Origin: a virus
Taxonomy: Duplodnaviria > Heunggongvirae > Uroviricota > Caudoviricetes
IMG/VR virus record: IMGVR_UViG_3300042568_000774
DNA: 28,614 nt
Strand: one strand, 5' to 3'
This document shows, piece after piece, positions 1-5,386 of the stretch (the first letter of the stretch is position 1; each line of letters begins with the position of its first letter). The notes below the pieces were generated by a model, which searched no databases, was not told the DNA's origin, and was given only the letters and a program-made list of their open reading frames with translations. The position numbers were made by a program, and so were the translations under genes.

Positions 1-21
1 ACCCTGATTGTTTTACTCTCC
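1..21 (-). tRNA. Probable 5' end of a tRNA gene truncated by the window edge
   Basis: Minus strand GGAGAGT-AAAA-CAATCAGGGT resembles the start of the tRNA-Tyr here (GGGTAGT-AAAA-GTCG); it lies at array spacing; anticodon not visible. Confidence 0.35.
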
Positions 22-23
22 AT

Positions 24-91
24 TTTGTAGGATATCGCTTAACCTACGATGTTGATATCATTACACACCTTCGATATTACTATCAGCGATT
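24..91 (-). ncRNA. Candidate structured RNA between tRNA-Arg and the truncated tRNA
   Basis: Stems ATATC/GATAT and GTAGG/CCTAC; the loop hexamer AGCGAT (39-34) is complementary to 5' ATCGCT (90-85). Confidence 0.3.
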
Positions 92-97
92 TTTTTG

Positions 98-169
98 TGT
101 CTCCAGCAGGATTCGAGCCCACATCTTCAAGTCCGTAGCCTGACGTTCTATCCGTTGAACTATGGAGAC
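98..169 (-). tRNA. tRNA-Arg(ACG)
   Basis: Acceptor GTCTCCA/TGGAGAC; anticodon arm TCAGG-CTACGGA-CTTGA; T-loop CTCGAAT. Confidence 0.92.
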
Positions 170-176
170 ATTTTTG

Positions 177-249
177 GGTGACTAAGGAGAATCGAACTCC
201 CATTTACAGAACCACAATCTATCGTGTTAACCGTTACACTATAGCCACC
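177..249 (-). tRNA. tRNA-His(GTG) with encoded G-1:C73
   Basis: G-GTGGCTA/TAGTCAC-C acceptor; anticodon loop TTGTGGT; GTTCGATTC T-arm. Confidence 0.95.
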
Positions 250-256
250 ATATATT

Positions 257-796
257 TTATAAGTTAATAAGTCCGTCGTGTATTTCACAATGACAATTAG
301 AACAAACTAACATACACTTATCAACCTCATCTTTTAATTTATCAAACGATAAACTTTTACCACTAATACTAAAATCTTTCTCTTCAGGGTTAATATGATG
401 AAATTCAAGTGCCCGTTCACATTTATAATATCCACATAATTCACAAGAACCCCCTTTATATTGAATTAACTTTTGTTTAGTTCTTTTTCTCCAATTTATA
501 ACTGATTCAGATGATGTTATTTTTTTTGTAGGTTTTTTAGTTACAACATATTTTAATATTGTTTCAACCGACCTACCTGTCATTTTTCTAACTTTTTTAA
601 CTGAACCTAATTCATCATATAGTTCTTGTAATTTTTTCTTATCATCATCCGATAATCTATCTGAAAAACCACCAACTTTATTTTTAGTACAATGATATGA
701 GATAGTTGATAAAGCACAACCTAAAATTTTTTTAATTTCTTTATACGATTTACCTTCATTTCTTAAAGAAATTATTTGTTCCGAATACCTTTCCAT
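257..796 (-). CDS. HNH homing-type endonuclease with N-terminal HTH-like region
   Basis: C-terminal CELCG...LEFHH...CMLVCSNCHCEIH; N-terminal LRNEGKSYKEIKKILGCALSTISYH is HTH-like. Confidence 0.85.
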   Translation of the reverse strand: MERYSEQIISLRNEGKSYKEIKKILGCALSTISYHCTKNKVGGFSDRLSDDDKKKLQELYDELGSVKKVRKMTGRSVETILKYVVTKKPTKKITSSESVINWRKRTKQKLIQYKGGSCELCGYYKCERALEFHHINPEEKDFSISGKSLSFDKLKDEVDKCMLVCSNCHCEIHDGLINL

Positions 797-847
797 AAAT
801 TAACTTTTTTTGTTAATAATAAATATGTTAATTTTCGAAAAAATTCG

Positions 848-933
848 CTGACGGGGTGGGATTCGAACCCACGATGGAATATTTTCACCGGATTAACAGT
901 CCGGACCGTTCGACCAACTACGGCAACCCGTCA
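848..933 (-). tRNA. tRNA-Asn(GTT) with an unusual 15-nt variable region
   Basis: TGACGGG/CCCGTCA-G acceptor; CCGGA-CTGTTAA-TCCGG anticodon arm; GTGGG-TTCGAAT-CCCAC T-arm; variable region TGAAAATATTCCATC. Confidence 0.85.
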
Positions 934-937
934 ATAT

Positions 938-1010
938 TTACCCCACTTCACCGGGTTAATGGACCGGCTGCCATATGGGAGTGGGGGTTTCCTGTTATTT
1001 CAGGACTCCG
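938..1010 (-). ncRNA. Candidate structured RNA between tRNA-Phe and tRNA-Asn
   Basis: CCTG/CAGG hairpin, then a CCCCACT/AGTGGGG stem enclosing a CCGG/CCGG hairpin; GC-rich against the AT background. Confidence 0.4.
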
Positions 1011-1083
1011 TGGTTCCCCAGAGAATCGAACTCTATCCTCAAGATTTTCAGTCTTGCGTGCAGACCACTTACACAAGAGAACC
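1011..1083 (-). tRNA. tRNA-Phe(GAA)
   Basis: GGTTCTC/GGGAACC-A acceptor; CAAGA-CTGAAAA-TCTTG anticodon arm; GTTCGATTC T-arm. Confidence 0.93.
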
Positions 1084-1087
1084 AAGT

Positions 1088-1228
1088 AATGATAATGTTG
1101 GAGTACCCATCTCGCTCCAATCTTAACTGCTTATTCGTAGTTTTACGGTGCACCGGCAGGGGGTGTGTGAATTCTTTGACCTATCTTGGATTGTCGACAT
1201 CCGAGAGATAGAGAAGACCATTATCATT
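1088..1228 (-). ncRNA. Candidate 141-nt multi-stem RNA between tRNA-Tyr and tRNA-Phe
   Basis: Perfect 10-bp closing stem AATGATAATG/CATTATCATT; inner stems CTATCT/AGATAG, GGAT/ATCC, CTGC/GCAG and TTGGAG/CTCCAA. Confidence 0.55.
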
Positions 1229-1229
1229 G

Positions 1230-1310
1230 TGGGCAGTAGTGGACTCGAACCACTCCCAAAAGGACCAGATTTACAGTCTGGCTGCCGTATCCGAACGACT
1301 TTTACTACCC
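1230..1310 (-). tRNA. tRNA-Tyr(GTA)
   Basis: GGGTAGT/ACTGCCC-A acceptor; CCAGA-CTGTAAA-TCTGG anticodon arm; 10-nt variable arm; AAAA connector in place of U8-N9. Confidence 0.88.
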
Positions 1311-1366
1311 AATTTTTTGTATTGCTCAAATTTAAGACATTTTACTGCTCAAATTTTAGATTTTTG

Positions 1367-1437
1367 TACCTCGAGAGGGAATTGAACCCCCACCATTTGT
1401 ATGTAAGACAAATACGCTCCCATTACGCCATCGAGGC
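1367..1437 (-). tRNA. tRNA-Val(TAC)
   Basis: GCCTCGA/TCGAGGT-A acceptor; TTTGT-CTTACAT-ACAAA anticodon arm; GGTTCAATTCC T-arm. Confidence 0.9.
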
Positions 1438-1491
1438 AAATATATGTTTAGATTCCTCCCACCCTCAAACATATAAACTGAGTGCTGTTCG

Positions 1492-1560
1492 TACCGAGAA
1501 ATGGTATCGAGCCATTCTAGAAATAGATATGAGCCATCTCCGGTCACCTGACCCCTCGGC
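1492..1560 (-). tRNA. Atypical tRNA with CAT anticodon (Met or Ile2)
   Basis: GCCGAGG/TCTCGGT-A acceptor; mini D-arm GGTC-AGGT-GACC; GATGG-CTCATAT-CTATT anticodon arm; AATGG-CTCGATA-CCATT T-arm. Confidence 0.7.
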
Positions 1561-1565
1561 ATTTT

Positions 1566-1610
1566 GGTGGACATAGATTCATCATCTATTTTTGGGTTTC
1601 CACCGAACCC
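1566..1610 (-). ncRNA. H-type pseudoknot between tRNA-Cys and tRNA-CAT
   Basis: S1 GGGTT/AACCC; S2 GGTGGA/TCCACC; L1 is 1 nt, L2 is 0; L3 is an A-run plus an ATAGAT/ATCTAT hairpin. Confidence 0.5.
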
Positions 1611-1614
1611 GTTG

Positions 1615-1686
1615 AGGTGATAGTAGGAATCGAACCCACCTAACTGAGTTTGCAATCCAGTGCCTAAACCAATCGACCATATCACC
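1615..1686 (-). tRNA. tRNA-Cys(GCA)
   Basis: GGTGATA/TATCACC-T acceptor (U73); anticodon loop TTGCAAA; GGTTCGATTCC T-arm. Confidence 0.92.
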
Positions 1687-1693
1687 ATTTTTG

Positions 1694-1765
1694 TTACCCC
1701 TGAGAGAATCGAACTCCCCCCGCATGGACCAAAACCATGTGTACTAACCGATATACGAAGGGGCA
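1694..1765 (-). tRNA. tRNA-Gln(TTG)
   Basis: TGCCCCT/AGGGGTA-A acceptor; CATGG-TTTTGGT-CCATG anticodon arm; GTTCGATTC T-arm. Confidence 0.92.
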
Positions 1766-1774
1766 AAATATTTT

Positions 1775-1862
1775 TTAGTTAAAGAACGATTACCACAATT
1801 ACGTTCGCCCCGGACTCTCTCCGGACATTCTTTTTTGGGTGTGGATTAAACTATTTAACTAA
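1775..1862 (-). ncRNA. Candidate 88-nt structured RNA between tRNA-Ser and tRNA-Gln
   Basis: Perfect 9-bp closing stem TTAGTTAAA/TTTAACTAA; hairpins CCGGA/TCCGG and GAACG/CGTTC; loop TGTGG is complementary to upstream CCACA. Confidence 0.5.
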
Positions 1863-1866
1863 CCCG

Positions 1867-1948
1867 CGGAAGAGACAGGATTCGAACCTGCAACCCATTA
1901 CGAGCGACGGTTTTCAAGACCGCTCGACAACCAACTGTCCACTCTTCC
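1867..1948 (-). tRNA. tRNA-Ser(TGA)
   Basis: GGAAGAG/CTCTTCC-G acceptor; GCGGT-CTTGAAA-ACCGT anticodon arm; long variable arm; GGTTCGAATCC T-arm. Confidence 0.93.
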
Positions 1949-1995
1949 ATTTTCTTACCAATATTTCAAATAACTTATCCTTTATTTTGACGGGA

Positions 1996-2003
1996 CAAAG
2001 GTA
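1996..2003 (-). promoter_or_regulatory. Bacteroidota-type -7 box (TACCTTTG) upstream of the tRNA array
   Basis: Matches TAnnTTTG; TTG lies about 19 nt upstream (2023-2025); box is about 47 nt before tRNA-Ser. Confidence 0.65.
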
Positions 2004-2034
2004 ATCCTTTTTTTTTAACTTCCAATTTTTTGAC

Positions 2035-2070
2035 AAAAAAAAATCCTGAACTTTTTGAGTTCAGGATTTT
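2035..2070 (-). terminator. Intrinsic terminator
   Basis: AAAATCCTGAACT/AGTTCAGGATTTT 13-bp stem with a T-tract on the minus strand. Confidence 0.8.
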
Positions 2071-2093
2071 ATCTTATATTATTGGTTTAATCT

Positions 2094-2216
2094 TTAGTAT
2101 AAAATTAAATCACTTAATAAATCAGCTGAACTTGTATGCGAGATACGCGGATACGAACAATTACTAAATTGTTGGTTCCAAATCGAGACATTCATATGTT
2201 TATTAGTGTTTTTCAT
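2094..2216 (-). CDS. 40-aa small ORF (MKNTNKHMNVSIWNQQFSNCSYPRISHTSSADLLSDLILY)
   Basis: Translated by hand; TAAGTTTG box upstream (2263-2270), A-rich initiation region, terminator just downstream. Confidence 0.45.
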   Translation of the reverse strand: MKNTNKHMNVSIWNQQFSNCSYPRISHTSSADLLSDLILY

Positions 2217-2262
2217 TTTTCTTTTTTTTGTGGTATTTCTACCTTGTTCTTAATAACTATTA

Positions 2263-2270
2263 CAAACTTA
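2263..2270 (-). promoter_or_regulatory. TAnnTTTG box (TAAGTTTG)
   Basis: Motif match in an intergenic AT-rich region upstream of the small ORF. Confidence 0.5.
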
Positions 2271-2309
2271 CAAAAAGTTTATCAAAAGTCAAATATTTTT
2301 TTATTTTTT

Positions 2310-2567
2310 TTATATTAATCTTTTTGCAATCTCAATTATTGTATTTTCATCCTCGCTAGATAAGAGTAATCGGGACTTCATTATCTTACTAATAATATTT
2401 GCCCACTCCTCGTCTAATAGATTGTGGTGATTAGGGGATGTAACTGGCTCACCATCTAAATACCCTTCATCAACAAGGATATTAATTAATTCTGTAATTT
2501 CTCTAGGTGAACAATTATCAACGTATTCACTCGGGTCAATGTCAACATAGGTGCTAAAATCTGGCAT
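2310..2567 (-). CDS. Hypothetical protein
   Basis: 85-aa ORF tightly packed behind 2571..2834. Confidence 0.8.
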   Translation of the reverse strand: MPDFSTYVDIDPSEYVDNCSPREITELINILVDEGYLDGEPVTSPNHHNLLDEEWANIISKIMKSRLLLSSEDENTIIEIAKRLI

Positions 2568-2570
2568 AAT

Positions 2571-2834
2571 TTATAAATTTTCTAATCTGTTAATAATTTT
2601 TGTTACGGAAACTTTTGAGTTCCAACCTGAAACATCTTCACCATCTTCAAATGGTACAAATTTACCAAGAGTTTTGTAGAATGCTGCGACTTCAAATGAA
2701 GTTTTTCCATTTCCATATAACCCCGGACCTCCAACCACGGAAACTTCAATATCGTTTCCTAAATCTAATCTGGCCATAACACAACCTCTACCTAATGGGT
2801 GCGGTTTAAATACTAAATCATCAAATGTTTTCAT
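2571..2834 (-). CDS. Hypothetical protein (start revised to MKTFDD)
   Basis: ATG at 2834 is 4 nt after the TACTTTTG box (2839-2846); the track start at 2852 runs through that box. Confidence 0.8.
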   Translation of the reverse strand: MKTFDDLVFKPHPLGRGCVMARLDLGNDIEVSVVGGPGLYGNGKTSFEVAAFYKTLGKFVPFEDGEDVSGWNSKVSVTKIINRLENL

Positions 2835-2864
2835 TGGACAAAAGTAATACAAATTATTTAATTA

Positions 2865-4010
2865 TCAAAAATATAATCCACCTTTTTTTCTTTTTTTCAT
2901 ATAAACTTCGTCAAATTGTTTTCTTTGATTAGTCATAGAATCTTTTTTAAGTTCGGTTAACTGATTACGATAGTTTGGAACAAGTTCTTTAAGGGGTTTA
3001 CTATCTTTTTTAGGTGGTATATAAATGGATTTATTTTGTATTATTTTATTAATAACACTATAATCAACATTATCAGTTGGTTCTTTTTTATTCAATAAAG
3101 AATTAATTAAATTTATACTCTTTGTTTTGTCAACAACAACCGGTTTTTCAACAATGGTAGGTTGAACAACCACAGGTTTTTTAGATAATCTTGGTTTTGG
3201 AGCGGTTAATCGAGATATTAATTCAACACTTTCTTTTGGTTTACCATAATTAGGTGTGTATGTTACACCATCTTCATTAACTATTATTACTTTTTCATAT
3301 TTTGGTAATTTATAAACATATCCCGCAACTTTACTTTGCAAAGTTTTATCACCAAATGAATTTGTACTTGAATATGATTGGTTATCATGCCATGTGTAGA
3401 TATAAGTAACTTGGTCCAAATAATAAAAATGTTCATTTCCGGCCATTTCTAACATAGGGATTCCGGCACCAATATCACATCCGGCTTTAAAATATTCACC
3501 TTCAAACATTAAATGTTCTTCTTTTATCATTCTAAATAAAAATGCTCGATAGGTTCTCATGTGTGAGAAATTCCATGATTTAATTCTTGCTTTATCAGCA
3601 TTAAATTTACCATAATTCCCTACAACACCATTTTTATCCATCCATTTTGAACCACAAATCCATATGTTTTCATTTGTATAAATTTTATTAATTAAACCTA
3701 AAACAAAGTTATCACTTAGTTGGTCATCACCATCAATTTCAATAATAACATCATCCCAATCAATATCCGGATTATTATTGATGACATCAATAAAATTTTT
3801 TGTTTTATATTTTTTTTCGGTGTTTTTAATTAATATAAATCTTTCATCACCATCAATCGCCTCAAGGGCAACTTCATAAGAATTGTCGGTCGAAACATCA
3901 TCAACTATATAAGCAACAAACTCACTATAATATTGATTTTTTATTGACTTAATACAGTCTGCTACATATTTTTCAGAATTCCAAAAGGTGGATACAATAA
4001 TTAATTTCAT
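2865..4010 (-). CDS. GT2-family glycosyltransferase with a long basic low-complexity C-terminal tail
   Basis: IIVSTFWNSEKYVADCIKSI...IVDDVSTDNS...IEIDGDD GT-A motifs. Confidence 0.88.
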   Translation of the reverse strand: MKLIIVSTFWNSEKYVADCIKSIKNQYYSEFVAYIVDDVSTDNSYEVALEAIDGDERFILIKNTEKKYKTKNFIDVINNNPDIDWDDVIIEIDGDDQLSDNFVLGLINKIYTNENIWICGSKWMDKNGVVGNYGKFNADKARIKSWNFSHMRTYRAFLFRMIKEEHLMFEGEYFKAGCDIGAGIPMLEMAGNEHFYYLDQVTYIYTWHDNQSYSSTNSFGDKTLQSKVAGYVYKLPKYEKVIIVNEDGVTYTPNYGKPKESVELISRLTAPKPRLSKKPVVVQPTIVEKPVVVDKTKSINLINSLLNKKEPTDNVDYSVINKIIQNKSIYIPPKKDSKPLKELVPNYRNQLTELKKDSMTNQRKQFDEVYMKKRKKGGLYF

Positions 4011-4025
4011 AAAAAGAAAGGTTCA

Positions 4026-4039
4026 ATATTTATAAATAC
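4026..4039. promoter_or_regulatory. Palindromic TATTTATAAATA giving RTATTTAT on both strands (putative bidirectional late promoter)
   Basis: 12-bp perfect palindrome at 4027-4038 between divergent GT genes; the same motif precedes many other genes. Confidence 0.5.
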
Positions 4040-4076
4040 ATCAAATACACTATTTTAATACTATATACTAAATAAT

Positions 4077-4646
4077 ATGTCTGAAATTACATTTATTAAA
4101 CCTAAAGGAAGAGTTTTTCATATGATTCCTTGGAATTCTGATAAAAATATTGGTAAATCATATAATGAATTAATGTCAATGGTTAAAACTAATGATTGGA
4201 TTTGTTTCTTAGACGGAGATGCGGTTCATACATCTCATTTTTTTGGTAAACGAATCGAAGAGGTTATTGATTCTAACCCTGAATATTCTTTATTTACCTG
4301 TGTAACCAATAGAGTTAATTGCCAATACCAAATTGCACCTAATGTTGACGTTAAAACAAACGACCAAGAATATCATAGAAATTTTGGTGACCGTATTTGG
4401 GAATTATATGGAAATCAAGTTATGGATGTAACAAAAAATATGGAATTAAGTGGCGTTTTTATTGCAATCAAAAAATCTGTATGGGAAAAAGTTGGTGGTT
4501 TTAAAGAAGATAAAATGTTAACTATTGATAACGATATTCACAGAAAAATTAGATTAATTAATGAGAAAGTTGGATTAATGAAAGGAATATATGTTCAACA
4601 TTGGTATCGTGGAGGAATAAAAGAAAATAAACAACACTTACTATAA
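4077..4646 (+). CDS. GT-A fold glycosyltransferase-like protein
   Basis: DWICFLDGD (DxD) and LSGVFIAIKKSVWEKVGGF motifs typical of GT2-like proteins. Confidence 0.8.
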   Translation: MSEITFIKPKGRVFHMIPWNSDKNIGKSYNELMSMVKTNDWICFLDGDAVHTSHFFGKRIEEVIDSNPEYSLFTCVTNRVNCQYQIAPNVDVKTNDQEYHRNFGDRIWELYGNQVMDVTKNMELSGVFIAIKKSVWEKVGGFKEDKMLTIDNDIHRKIRLINEKVGLMKGIYVQHWYRGGIKENKQHLL

Positions 4647-5386
4647 TGTATTTAATTCATAAACAAGGAGGTTACTTTAATTCAATCTCAAAAATGGTTG
4701 AGGAGGTTTTAGGTGAACCTTGTAAACACACATCAAACCCAAACGAAACGGGTACTTGGGTTTTATTCTTTACATCATTCTTATCAGGATTTTACAAAGC
4801 AATTAAAGGTGATTATATTGTAGTTCAAACAGAACCCCTTGAAAGAACCTTTAATCGATATCCGGAATACAAAATAATGTGTGAAAACGCAACAAAAGTT
4901 TTAGATTATTCTAAAAATTTTGAAATTCGTTATTCAAATAACTATAGAGTTGAATATGAAGAATCTAAAGAAATTGATGTACTTTTTTACGGAGTATTAA
5001 GTCCTAGACGAAAAGAAATATTAGATAAAATATCAGTACCAAATAAAGTTATTCTTCATACATCACCTCCTGTTGTTGGTGCTGATTTGTGGAAATTAAT
5101 TAATAATAGTAAAATAGTTTTATTGGTTAATACTCACGATAGTTCTCAAGAATTTGATTGGATAAGATTAACTCCATTATTATCAAATAAAGTTTTTGTT
5201 ATAATGGAAAAAAATGCCGATGAAAAATATGATTATTTAACTAAACATATCGCAATGGGGCATTATGATTATATCCCAACATTAATCAAACATTTTTTAA
5301 AAAATCCGTTAGGTAGAGCACAATGGTCGGATAAAGGGTTTGATTATATAAGACAACATAAAACAAAAATTATTGAAAATGATTAA
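4646..5386 (+). CDS. Glycosyltransferase-like protein (GT-B/CgeB-like C-terminal half)
   Basis: IDVLFYGVLSPRRKEIL...INNSKIVL...IRLTPLLSNKVFVIME pattern. Confidence 0.6.
   Translation: MYLIHKQGGYFNSISKMVEEVLGEPCKHTSNPNETGTWVLFFTSFLSGFYKAIKGDYIVVQTEPLERTFNRYPEYKIMCENATKVLDYSKNFEIRYSNNYRVEYEESKEIDVLFYGVLSPRRKEILDKISVPNKVILHTSPPVVGADLWKLINNSKIVLLVNTHDSSQEFDWIRLTPLLSNKVFVIMEKNADEKYDYLTKHIAMGHYDYIPTLIKHFLKNPLGRAQWSDKGFDYIRQHKTKIIEND

Noticed and set aside
4-86. CTGAT/ATCAG stem making a three-way-junction riboswitch at the window start
   Set aside because: The 3' strand falls inside what looks like the 5' end of the next tRNA.
938-1010. Twister or theta (HDV-like) ribozyme call
   Set aside because: Only partial P4-like similarity; the twister UAA/T2 elements and the HDV P3/L3 and J4/2 catalytic C could not be placed.
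1323-1360. Direct repeat TGCTCAAATTT x2 in the Val-Tyr spacer
   Set aside because: A short local duplication in AT-rich spacer DNA with no supporting structure.
776-1766. Track ORFs 776..1126, 856..1089, 975..1211, 1123..1329, 1148..1576 and 1356..1766
   Set aside because: They overlap clear tRNA genes and translate to non-protein-like sequence, so they are shadow ORFs.
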